Source of the DNA: a virus
Length of the DNA stretch: 64,000 bases
IMG/VR virus record: IMGVR_UViG_3300044797_000318
Span: 32,001 to 96,000 of that record
Direction: 5' to 3' (one strand)
The position numbers and the translations under genes were made by a program. Within the stretch, counting starts at the first letter, position 1; each line of letters starts with the position of its first letter. The notes beneath the pieces are model-generated. The model was not told where the DNA came from and did no database searches. It worked only from the letters and a program-made list of their open reading frames with translations. Shown here piece after piece: positions 47,619-56,697 of this stretch.

Positions 47619-47887
47619 TGGAAACCATAGGTAATTTAATTGATAAACTAACAATTGCTAACATACGAATTTGGATGGCAGAAAATATCAAGAGAGATAG
47701 CCGGGCCACCGATGAAGAGGTAGCTAAGGCCGCTCGAACAACAAACACAGTAAACCAACTACGCAATGATCTCATTCAAGAAATTGATGAAAAAATAAAT
47801 CACATGGTTGAGACGGGTGAGTTACAAAAATTATACAAACAGGGCTCAACTAAAATGTATGGAAAAAGTAATGAAAGTAAATCATGA
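47618..47887 (+). CDS. DUF4254-like small helical protein
   Basis: ETIGNLIDKLTIANIRIW...NQLRNDLIQEID. Confidence 0.65.
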   Translation: METIGNLIDKLTIANIRIWMAENIKRDSRATDEEVAKAARTTNTVNQLRNDLIQEIDEKINHMVETGELQKLYKQGSTKMYGKSNESKS

Positions 47888-48996
47888 TTCCTATCTATAA
47901 GCCATACCTTCCATCAGGTTCTCTCAAATACGCACATGAAGCGCTAGATTCCACTTGGTTGTCTTCACAGGGTAAATATTTGCCCATGGTTCAGGAAAAA
48001 TTACAGGAATTGTTAGCTACCAAATATGTGCTTCCACTCAATAATGGAACTAGTGCTTGCCATTTAGTTGCTAAATGTTTATCTAAATTACGTGAAAAAG
48101 CATATGTAATTGTTCCCGATAACGTTTATGTGGCAGCTTGGAATGCTTTTCTTTTTGATGGTACCTTCGATCTAATTACTATCAAAACAGATTTACTTAC
48201 TTGGAATTATGATATGAACGAGTTAGATCAAGCCATTACGGATCGCCCTGATGCTGCTGTTCTCATCGTTCACAATGTTGGTAATATCATCAACGTCCCA
48301 GAACTACAAAGAAAATATCCGACCACGCTTTTTGTAGAAGATAATTGTGAAGGGTTTTTAGGAACCTATGAGGGCGCTTATTCTGGTGCAGCCAGCTATG
48401 CCTCCGCTATTTCTTTCTTTGGAAACAAACTTGTAACTTCGGGGGAAGGTGGTTGTTTTATTACTAATGATGAAGAGGCGTATCTTTTTGCTAAATGCGT
48501 GCAAGGACAAGGGCAGTCCGCCAAACGTTTTGTTCACAATGAATTAGGCTACAATTATCGTATGACCAATATCCAAGCCGCCATTTTATACGGTCAGCTA
48601 GAAATATTACCACAGATCATGGAGATGAAAGAAGAAATTTTCTACGATTATCGTTTGGCTTTGGAACACCGAGAAGATATATTGTTCCAAGCCGTAGATC
48701 CAAACACCAAACATTCTAACTGGATGTTTGGCATTAGGGTGCTTGGCAATCGTAATTACGAAGAAGCAGAGGCTTATTTCAAACAGGCGGGCATTGAAAT
48801 ACGCCCTATGTTTTATCCAATCGATACTCACCAACACTTAAATAACAATTACACCACTCACATAGGTGACACCACCAACGCCCGACTACTCAACCAAGAA
48901 TGTTTTATCTTGCCGAGCTACCCCGAACTAACCGTAGCAGAACAAGCCTATATCCTTGATACCCTCAATCATTATGTCAAAAGCATCGCTATATAA
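47884..48996 (+). CDS. DegT/DnrJ/EryC1/StrS aminotransferase (perosamine synthetase-like)
   Basis: NNGTSACH, VEDNCE, SFFGNKLVTSGEGG, GYNYRMTNIQAA, LPSYP. Confidence 0.92.
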   Translation: MIPIYKPYLPSGSLKYAHEALDSTWLSSQGKYLPMVQEKLQELLATKYVLPLNNGTSACHLVAKCLSKLREKAYVIVPDNVYVAAWNAFLFDGTFDLITIKTDLLTWNYDMNELDQAITDRPDAAVLIVHNVGNIINVPELQRKYPTTLFVEDNCEGFLGTYEGAYSGAASYASAISFFGNKLVTSGEGGCFITNDEEAYLFAKCVQGQGQSAKRFVHNELGYNYRMTNIQAAILYGQLEILPQIMEMKEEIFYDYRLALEHREDILFQAVDPNTKHSNWMFGIRVLGNRNYEEAEAYFKQAGIEIRPMFYPIDTHQHLNNNYTTHIGDTTNARLLNQECFILPSYPELTVAEQAYILDTLNHYVKSIAI

Positions 48997-49002
48997 ACAG
49001 TT

Positions 49003-50001
49003 ATGAACACCGCTTGCATCACCGGAATTACAGGACAAACCGGCTCCTATTTATGCGATTTATTACTCAGCAAGGGATACAAAGTCTACGGCTTGAAACG
49101 TCGTAGTAGCTCGCTTAATACAGAACGCGTAGATCATGTGTATACCGATCTGCACCATGAGCACAACTTCGAGATGATGTATGGCGATCTAGCCGATTAC
49201 TCTTCATTGTCTAGTTGGATTGGCGATCTCAAACCAGATTTGTTTTTCAATATGGGGGCGCAAAGCCATGTTCGTGTCAGCTTCGACATTCCCGAGTACA
49301 CCATGGATGTAACTGGCACAGGAGTGGTTAGAGTGTTAGAGGCGCTACGCAAAAACAGTCCCAAGACCAAATTCCTGACCGCTTCCAGCTCAGAGATGTT
49401 TGGCTCCAGTCCTCCTCCGCAAAACGAACAAACGCCCTTTCATCCTCGTAGCCCATATGGCGTAGCCAAGGTGGCTGGCTATTTCACTACACTCAACTAT
49501 CGTGAAGCTTATGATATGCATGCTTGCAATGCTATTTCTTTCAACCACGAAAGTCCAAGACGTGGTGAAACTTTCGTCACTCGAAAAATTACTCGTGCCG
49601 CTACCCGTATCAAACTCGGTTTGCAGGACAAGCTGTATCTTGGAAATTTGAGCGCACAGCGCGACTGGTCTCACGCTGCTGACGTGGCCCAAGCAATGTA
49701 TAAAATTATCACAGCGCCTACACCAGATGATTATGTGATAGCTAGCGGGCAAATGCATTCAGTGGAAGAGTTTGCCCAATTAGTTTTTAGTAAACTGGAT
49801 TTAGATTACTCTCAATATGTAGAGTTTGATCCACGTTATCTGCGCCCTTCCGAAGTTGATGCACTATGTGGCGATCCATCCAAGATCAAAAACCAATTAG
49901 GATGGGAGCCAATTTATAGTTTTGAGAATTTAATTGATGAAATGATTGCGTCCGATATGGAATTAGCTAAACGAGAAAAAATATTGAAGGAACACCAATG
50001 A
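49003..50001 (+). CDS. gmd: GDP-mannose 4,6-dehydratase
   Basis: ITGITGQTGSYL, AQSHVRVSF, PRSPYGVAK, FNHESPRRGETFVTRKI, RPSEV. Confidence 0.96.
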   Translation: MNTACITGITGQTGSYLCDLLLSKGYKVYGLKRRSSSLNTERVDHVYTDLHHEHNFEMMYGDLADYSSLSSWIGDLKPDLFFNMGAQSHVRVSFDIPEYTMDVTGTGVVRVLEALRKNSPKTKFLTASSSEMFGSSPPPQNEQTPFHPRSPYGVAKVAGYFTTLNYREAYDMHACNAISFNHESPRRGETFVTRKITRAATRIKLGLQDKLYLGNLSAQRDWSHAADVAQAMYKIITAPTPDDYVIASGQMHSVEEFAQLVFSKLDLDYSQYVEFDPRYLRPSEVDALCGDPSKIKNQLGWEPIYSFENLIDEMIASDMELAKREKILKEHQ

Positions 50002-50918
50002 AGTTATTGATAACAGGAGGTGGTGGTTTTTTAGGCAAACATGTCTTAAAAGAATTTAATAATCAAAACATTGATTACCTAGCTCCTAAATCATCTGAAC
50101 TAAACTTATTAGATTTCAATACTTTATGTGATTACTTACAATTACATCATCCCACCACTATTTTACATATGGCCGCTATCTGTGGTGGTATAGTTAAAAA
50201 CTTACATATTCCCGCTGATTTTCTTCGAGAAAATACTCAATTAGCCCTCAACATTTACGAAGGGGCTCGTCAGTGCAATATTACCAATATCTATTCACTT
50301 GGTAGTGTGTGCATGTATCCGCTACACTGTCCAACACCATTTAAGGAGGACGATATTTGGAATGGGGCAGCGGAGCCCACTAACTTCCCGTATGGTCAAG
50401 CTAAAAGAACCTTAATGATGTTGGGGCAAACATATCGCACGCAATATGGTTTCACTGGGGCTCATTTAATTCCCGTTAATATGTATGGACCTCACGACTC
50501 GTTTGACGATCAAAAAAGTCATGTCATTCCTGCCCTAATCAAAAAATTTCTTCACGCCAAAGAAAACGAACTGCCGCAAGTTGAATGCCTGGGCACTGGA
50601 AAAGCCACTCGTGAATTTCTTTATGCGGGTGATGCTGCCCAAGCTATTGTTAAGGCAGTAAATACTAATCTCAATTATGATTTACCTATTAATTTGGGGG
50701 TGGGTAAAGATATCACTATTAAAAACTTGGCACACCTAATTAGCGATTTAATTGGTTATCAAGGCAACATTATTTTCAATGATGATGGTTTAGATGGGCA
50801 ACCAAAAAGATTGTTGGATGTGTCGCGAGCCAAAGAAGTATTAGGTTGGACAGCACATACCTCTTTAACAGACGGTCTTCATAAAACTATTAAGTGGTAT
50901 CACCAAAACAAATCTTAA
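49998..50918 (+). CDS. fcl: GDP-L-fucose synthase
   Basis: TGGGGFLG, AAICGGI, GSVCMYP, EPTNFPYGQAK, SHVIPALI, GTGKATREFLY, DGQP. Confidence 0.93.
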   Translation: MKLLITGGGGFLGKHVLKEFNNQNIDYLAPKSSELNLLDFNTLCDYLQLHHPTTILHMAAICGGIVKNLHIPADFLRENTQLALNIYEGARQCNITNIYSLGSVCMYPLHCPTPFKEDDIWNGAAEPTNFPYGQAKRTLMMLGQTYRTQYGFTGAHLIPVNMYGPHDSFDDQKSHVIPALIKKFLHAKENELPQVECLGTGKATREFLYAGDAAQAIVKAVNTNLNYDLPINLGVGKDITIKNLAHLISDLIGYQGNIIFNDDGLDGQPKRLLDVSRAKEVLGWTAHTSLTDGLHKTIKWYHQNKS

Positions 50919-51097
50919 TCAAGTGCCACTAATGGTCGTCTTCTAATGACCACTACTTCTGGCTCAGCTTTGGCTTCCACTTCTATGCCAGCGGAAGTAT
51001 GTCCGCATTTTTGGCATTTGGTTTTCTTGTTGATGGCATGATCGTTTCCGATAACATCCACCTCTCCCTGACAGAGGGAACATTTTAACAACTTCAT
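50915..51097 (-). CDS. small zinc-ribbon protein
   Basis: CSLC...CQKC. Confidence 0.6.
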   Translation of the reverse strand: MKLLKCSLCQGEVDVIGNDHAINKKTKCQKCGHTSAGIEVEAKAEPEVVVIRRRPLVALD

Positions 51098-51099
51098 AT

Positions 51100-51624
51100 T
51101 TACCTTAATTCATCATTTTCTTGACAACAAATAATGAACCTGTCGTCAAGTATTTTTTCCACTACGGGCTTAACATCGCGATACCAATCTAGCCCACCGA
51201 TACCGCTACCAAAACGAACTCCGGCCACTCCCATCAACTGAAAACGGTCTGCGAAGATTTTCATTTCTTCGGCAGACCGTTGGATAAGTTCTATTTTGGC
51301 TCCGTCCATCAAATCATCAATGGTGGGGAAACTGAAAATTAGACATTTGAATTTTCTTTCTTTAATCTTTTTGAGATTGGGTTCTAAATATTCACCCCGT
51401 TCATTTAACATCCCAATAATAAATGGAACGTTTGTTTGAAAGTTTTTGAGGCATTTACCGAGCCTGAAGGCAGTTTCGGGCCACCTATCTGCACATTGAC
51501 GGGCGGAACCGCCACCCATACATGCTCTACCATCTTCGGTATATTGGGAGTTGGTGGTTATGCAGATCGCATTAACCATAGGATCAGATATGCAGTCAAA
51601 TAAGTCTCTTTTAATTTCCTTCAT
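51100..51624 (-). CDS. macro domain (ADP-ribose processing) protein
   Basis: DLF, ITTN, MGGGSA, IFSFPT, GSGIGGLDW. Confidence 0.8.
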   Translation of the reverse strand: MKEIKRDLFDCISDPMVNAICITTNSQYTEDGRACMGGGSARQCADRWPETAFRLGKCLKNFQTNVPFIIGMLNERGEYLEPNLKKIKERKFKCLIFSFPTIDDLMDGAKIELIQRSAEEMKIFADRFQLMGVAGVRFGSGIGGLDWYRDVKPVVEKILDDRFIICCQENDELR

Positions 51625-51649
51625 TCATCGACCTCACTTATCGTATGTT

Positions 51650-52456
51650 TTATGTATATGTATATTTACATACATAATCGTTATGACATATACTATATGC
51701 TTGACCAATAGTAATATTATACTTTTTAATAATTTCTGAATATGTCATTCCATTATTTCTGTCACTTTTAATTAGTGCCTGCCATTCTCGCTTACGAATT
51801 ATTTCCATAATTTTTACTATTTTTTCGCTAAAAGCAATATGTTTACGATTTAAATATAAATCTGAATTATCATATAAATAATGATAGAGCTTAATTAATC
51901 TTGGGCCATCACTTACGCAAATACTATATAATGTATTTTTACGATTATTTTCATTCTTCTTATGAGTATGCAATTCAATATTTATACCCACCTCTTCATT
52001 AAGAATTTGTTTTATCCTATTTAAAAAATCTCTTGATCCACTTACTATACCCCATTGATCTTTAATAAACCAACCATCTCCATCATAAACTCCCCTAATA
52101 AAATCTCTATTAAAATTGGCGTCAATATTTGGATATTTTAATATCAAACTTTTTCTAGACGGGCAACCTAAAAGACTTAATTGATCGCATAGTGATTTAG
52201 AACATATACGAAAAGTAGCATCTTCACCATATAAATATATATTATGATCTGCTGCCATTGATGTTTTAAATTTATCTAAAATTTCTCTATCTTTTGCACG
52301 TATTTTAATTTTAAACTGATATTTATCATGCGTCCCATCGGCACAAATAAATCCAAAATAATACGCCTTTTCTTTCGAATCTATTTTAGAAAAATAGTTT
52401 TTATCAAATTTTAAATTATTCGTATAAGGCATGATCTTATGGCACAATATTACCAA
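51650..52456 (-). CDS. LAGLIDADG homing endonuclease
   Basis: YYFGFICADG and FIRGVYDGDG. Confidence 0.88.
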   Translation of the reverse strand: MVILCHKIMPYTNNLKFDKNYFSKIDSKEKAYYFGFICADGTHDKYQFKIKIRAKDREILDKFKTSMAADHNIYLYGEDATFRICSKSLCDQLSLLGCPSRKSLILKYPNIDANFNRDFIRGVYDGDGWFIKDQWGIVSGSRDFLNRIKQILNEEVGINIELHTHKKNENNRKNTLYSICVSDGPRLIKLYHYLYDNSDLYLNRKHIAFSEKIVKIMEIIRKREWQALIKSDRNNGMTYSEIIKKYNITIGQAYSICHNDYVCKYTYT

Positions 52457-53157
52457 TTAGCAAAATTAGATTTAAAATAAACTTCTTTGGCTAGAACCTG
52501 CACTATTTCCTCGGTTTCCAATACAAATGCAGTTAATTTATTTCCAAATACGCAGCCCGTATCAATTCCTATACACATACTACCATCATCAAATCGATCT
52601 ATTCTGGGCTCATTCCATACTTGATGACCATATACGATACGGTCATATCCAAAAGGCCCAAACTCTGTCCAAAAGATAGCGCCCAAGGCTTCCTTGCCAA
52701 ACTTGTTGAGCTGTCTCAAAGAAATGAATTTGCGGTTAGCATCCGTATAACGAAGATACAAGAGATCATCATCTCGTTGTTTGGAAACGGGAATGCCTGG
52801 CTTCAACCCAGCGTGAACAATAATGGTTTTGTCCAACTCGATATAGCTGGGCATATTGGCAATGTAAGTGACATCCGCGTCCGATAACTGACCGTAATAA
52901 TCCTTACGATCATAGACGTCCACTCGGGTGCCTTGACTGCGATACCATTTGAGGATTTTTCGATCATGATTTCCGCAGGTAGATAACAGATTTAGTTCTC
53001 TTGCCCTTCTAATAACTCCAAGACTTTCGGGACCGCGATCTGACAAATCACCCACCAAAATAATCTTGACAAGAGGTGATTTGTAATCTACTAATGTCAG
53101 TAATTCATTGAATTCGTCCAAACAACCATGAATATCACCTATTATGACTGTTCTCAT
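52450..53157 (-). CDS. Ser/Thr phosphatase / ApaH-like metallophosphoesterase
   Basis: GDIHG, GDLSDRG, GNHD, VHAG, VYGH, IDTGCVFG. Confidence 0.92.
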   Translation of the reverse strand: MRTVIIGDIHGCLDEFNELLTLVDYKSPLVKIILVGDLSDRGPESLGVIRRARELNLLSTCGNHDRKILKWYRSQGTRVDVYDRKDYYGQLSDADVTYIANMPSYIELDKTIIVHAGLKPGIPVSKQRDDDLLYLRYTDANRKFISLRQLNKFGKEALGAIFWTEFGPFGYDRIVYGHQVWNEPRIDRFDDGSMCIGIDTGCVFGNKLTAFVLETEEIVQVLAKEVYFKSNFANW

Positions 53158-54011
53158 ATAAAATACCTAATATCATATAACTTTTCTTGGGAATCAATAC
53201 CTCTTTTTAGAAGATATTTTAGACGATTATAAACAGTTTGTTTACTTCTATTTGTAAGAGTAGGAATAACTGATATTTTAGGAGTTTTAAATGTTTTAAG
53301 TGCTTTTTTCTCTCTAAAAAACAATAATATTTGAGAATCTTCTTCTCTGGTAAATTGGAGGTGCTTTTGTTCAGCTAAAAAACTGGAACTGATTATTAGC
53401 GTAGCTTCTTTCATTTTTCTATCTAATGATAAGCATTCTGGATAATATAAAATATTTGCCATATGAACCGCATAACATCCAGCAATCGTTATGTTGAATT
53501 GCTCATCTCTTTTATTTCTATTACTATGATTTTTCGAATAAGATTGAAGAAACAAAAAATTTTCAAACACTCTGGCAATATATTCGCTACTTGTCGCTAT
53601 ACTAATAAATGGTTCTGGCTTATGTTTACCCTCTCTAAAACCTATGCTACCGTCCCCATCTATAAAACCGCGCCAATAATCTATTTCTAAATATATAACA
53701 TCTGAGGGTGGACGAACTGTTTCTGATTTTTTGCCGAATGGAATAAAATCAATTATATTAACAATGGAAGATTTATGAATTGCTAACGAACAGGAAGCGT
53801 AATCATCCTTAAAGTTGGTATCCCTAGTTCTTGTACGGACATTATTTATAACTGAAAATTCTATTCTGATCTTATCAAGAATATCCCTATCTTTAATAGA
53901 TAACTCTATTTGAATTCCATTTGGATGTGTTAGTGATCTATGCCCATCTGATTGTAAAAATCCCAACAAATACGATTGGTTTTTATCAATAAAAGCCGTT
54001 CTTTCAATCAT
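53154..54011 (-). CDS. LAGLIDADG homing endonuclease
   Basis: YLLGFLQSDG and YWRGFIDGDG. Confidence 0.88.
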   Translation of the reverse strand: MIERTAFIDKNQSYLLGFLQSDGHRSLTHPNGIQIELSIKDRDILDKIRIEFSVINNVRTRTRDTNFKDDYASCSLAIHKSSIVNIIDFIPFGKKSETVRPPSDVIYLEIDYWRGFIDGDGSIGFREGKHKPEPFISIATSSEYIARVFENFLFLQSYSKNHSNRNKRDEQFNITIAGCYAVHMANILYYPECLSLDRKMKEATLIISSSFLAEQKHLQFTREEDSQILLFFREKKALKTFKTPKISVIPTLTNRSKQTVYNRLKYLLKRGIDSQEKLYDIRYFI

Positions 54012-54030
54012 TAATTACACCATACCAATT

Positions 54031-54246
54031 TCATTTTGGATCGTCCCAAACAATCTTTGTTGCTCCTTCATGTCCATGAATGAATAGCAAGTCATCGATT
54101 GATCGGTAGATATTAATACTGGGGTGATCGCTTTCCCAATGTAAGGCAATTTGTCCGTCATCAAACAAAACCCCCGTTGCCACAACTCCACAACCACTTA
54201 CGCCAGATACGTCCATATTTCTTTCGAAATGAAAACGCTTTAACAT
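54031..54246 (-). CDS. conserved phage hypothetical protein
   Basis: DVSGVSGCGVVATGVLFDDG...HGHEGATKIVW. Confidence 0.75.
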   Translation of the reverse strand: MLKRFHFERNMDVSGVSGCGVVATGVLFDDGQIALHWESDHPSINIYRSIDDLLFIHGHEGATKIVWDDPK

Positions 54247-54305
54247 ACAATTCCTTTTGTTCAGTTTATCTTCCTAACTTCACGCTCATATGTCTTGTTA
54301 TTACC

Positions 54306-54334
54306 ACTATAAGGCGTGTTGTGAAAATCGTCAA
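54306..54334 (-). promoter_or_regulatory. sigma70-like promoter
   Basis: TTGACG-N17-TATAGT. Confidence 0.55.
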
Positions 54335-54987
54335 GCATCCGTTTTAAGTTTATTTTTAATAATTTTATTATGTGTCCAATGTTGATTTGTGTTAACGTGA
54401 TTTTTTCTCACATTTTTTAATACACAATATTGAAACTCATCATCATTAAAACCACTCGCTACGCGAGCCACGACACCCTCTCTTATACCGCCGCATGCTG
54501 ATTGTTGCCCCATAAATGATTGTATAAGTTGTTGTAACTCATTTTTGGACTTTACCACGCCCTCCCATAAAACGGGCACCGTAGGGACGCCTATCTCCTC
54601 GGCCCACATTTTTACTTCTTCCCAACTCAACCACTGATTACCAGTTCGAACCCCAAATAACAAAAAATAACCCGGTAATTCGGAATATTCAATAGAATGC
54701 TTTGCATAACAATTCTCACCAAACAACTGATAGTCCATAGGTATTTTATGCTTGATAGTGGCATGCAAAACTTTGATAAGATCAAAAGACGCATGCGTAG
54801 GTATGGACACGTGTGTGCGCGCATATACTCCGTTAGTTTCTAGGCTACAATTTCCTCCATCGAGTTTCTCGCTGCAAATGATAGGTACGCCAATTAACTT
54901 CTCTACAGACGTAGCTATCTTATCATCCGAAGAGGCTCCGGGCGAAAACGGAAAATGGAAGGTGCGATTATATTTAGGGGTGTCCAT
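54331..54987 (-). CDS. RNA ligase family protein (Rnl2-like nucleotidyltransferase domain)
   Basis: KYNRTFH, EKLDGGN, FGEN.YAKHSI, FLLFGV, EGVVAR. Confidence 0.88.
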   Translation of the reverse strand: MDTPKYNRTFHFPFSPGASSDDKIATSVEKLIGVPIICSEKLDGGNCSLETNGVYARTHVSIPTHASFDLIKVLHATIKHKIPMDYQLFGENCYAKHSIEYSELPGYFLLFGVRTGNQWLSWEEVKMWAEEIGVPTVPVLWEGVVKSKNELQQLIQSFMGQQSACGGIREGVVARVASGFNDDEFQYCVLKNVRKNHVNTNQHWTHNKIIKNKLKTDA

Positions 54988-55567
54988 GGAACTTGCTCGA
55001 ATTGCAATGATATAACTTACAAAAATAAAGAAGATCAATATCGGTAATGTGGGCGGAACCTAACTCCACCGAAGGAGACATCAGAGTAAAGAAACCATCG
55101 TCTCCTGTCAGGTGCTCCAATCCCAAAGCGTGCCCTATTTCGTGCATCACCACTTCGGTAGTCTCATCATTGGATAAACGCGACTTGACCACACCGATAT
55201 AAGGGATGCCCCGCTTACCTTGAAAGAAGGCTAAGGTGTTGTAATGATTAGTATTATCTAGCATAATAACTTCTGGATAATCAGGAGTGACATTGAGAAT
55301 GATGACAGCATCCGAGGGCATAACATCGGGTTGCGGCATCATTTTGATATCAAGTACTACTTGCCCGTTGGTGACTTCATTCCATTCCAAAGCTGCCGCC
55401 ATAATATGCGACATTTCTTCATTGTCTATGCCTCGACCCAGATACAAAGTTTTATGCACTGGTAGAGTATAATACATTTCTGGTGGCCGTATAATTGGCA
55501 TAACTATTCTAGCAAAACCAATCAAAAAGATAATGGTAAATGCAAGAGGCCACAGAAATAATCGCAT
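54974..55567 (-). CDS. matrixin-like zinc metalloprotease with N-terminal TM/signal
   Basis: HEIGHALGLEH and Met-turn LMSP. Confidence 0.88.
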   Translation of the reverse strand: MRLFLWPLAFTIIFLIGFARIVMPIIRPPEMYYTLPVHKTLYLGRGIDNEEMSHIMAAALEWNEVTNGQVVLDIKMMPQPDVMPSDAVIILNVTPDYPEVIMLDNTNHYNTLAFFQGKRGIPYIGVVKSRLSNDETTEVVMHEIGHALGLEHLTGDDGFFTLMSPSVELGSAHITDIDLLYFCKLYHCNSSKFHGHP

Positions 55568-55575
55568 CTTATTCC

Positions 55576-55965
55576 TTAATTAACTAATCTATTAGCGAGG
55601 GCAATTTTGACAAGTTGGTCAAATTTATCAGGGTGAGCCAAAGCTTCTGCCGCATATTTCCTAACATCAGGACAGTATTGCTTGAAAGAACCGCCATGAC
55701 CCAGATGTAAATGACACTCTTTGGTATCCATACACAAAGTAATAAGATTATTAGGAGCTAATTCTAATTCAGGAGTGAGGTGGAAGGGCCGCACGTGATG
55801 AACATTAAGTCTGTTTTTACTACCACAAGCGGCACAGCTAGGATGAGCTTCCCGAAAATGTTTTTCTACTGTGGGCCATTTAGAAGAACGTTTGGCACCA
55901 ATTCCAACATCTCGGAGGGCGTGCCTGGCTAAATTATATCCGTGTTGAATGGTCTTTATGATCAT
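55576..55965 (-). CDS. HNH endonuclease
   Basis: CAACG...VHHVRP...NLITLC...CHL..GH. Confidence 0.85.
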   Translation of the reverse strand: MIIKTIQHGYNLARHALRDVGIGAKRSSKWPTVEKHFREAHPSCAACGSKNRLNVHHVRPFHLTPELELAPNNLITLCMDTKECHLHLGHGGSFKQYCPDVRKYAAEALAHPDKFDQLVKIALANRLVN

Positions 55966-55979
55966 TCAATAATGCATAA

Positions 55980-56675
55980 TTATACCATTAGTAAGAACTT
56001 CTTCATAGTAGACTTACGCACATATTTGGCAAACTTTTTTATCTCTTCACTATTATCACTATCTAATACAGATTGTTCAATCTTATCAACATTAGCAAGT
56101 TTAATTTTCTCAGCAAATAATCTCATATAAGTAAATGATTTAGATTGAATGATTAGATTTTCTATTTGTTCTATTTCAGATTTAGAAGTAAGATGTTTGG
56201 CTAACTCAAAAAGATAACGCGGCTTTCCCGAGGCAATAATAATATCCTTAAACTTACTAATGTTAGTTCCCTTAACGTGTTTGACATACATATGAATGTA
56301 TTTAACATTTTTAGATTTACTAATGAAATCTTCTAATGGTTTTTGGTCAGCTTTGGAAACGAAACAGGCAAACCGGGTAATGTATTTGATTTTTTTAGAA
56401 CCTAATACAATACCCTGCAATGCTTTAATATCAGCACCAGCGATATTCTGTGCGAAGAGATAAGCATACTTGGCATCTTTCTTATCAAGAATAACCTTCT
56501 GCATCAAATATGTTTTATATTGGAAATCAATAGCAAAGAAATAAGCAAAGGCTGCATCCGCCTTTTTGATTATTTCCTCTTGTAAACTTTCCATCTCTGA
56601 AACAAAAGATATTTCACTACGCCCTAGCCATCTGACTAAGTCAGCAGAAATATCACTATTGGAATACAATACCAT
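55980..56675 (-). CDS. helical-repeat hypothetical protein
   Basis: repeated Y..FA..I..A.I..L...I..S units. Confidence 0.7.
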   Translation of the reverse strand: MVLYSNSDISADLVRWLGRSEISFVSEMESLQEEIIKKADAAFAYFFAIDFQYKTYLMQKVILDKKDAKYAYLFAQNIAGADIKALQGIVLGSKKIKYITRFACFVSKADQKPLEDFISKSKNVKYIHMYVKHVKGTNISKFKDIIIASGKPRYLFELAKHLTSKSEIEQIENLIIQSKSFTYMRLFAEKIKLANVDKIEQSVLDSDNSEEIKKFAKYVRKSTMKKFLLMV

Positions 56676-56697
56676 ACCTAAGTATATATCGTATACA

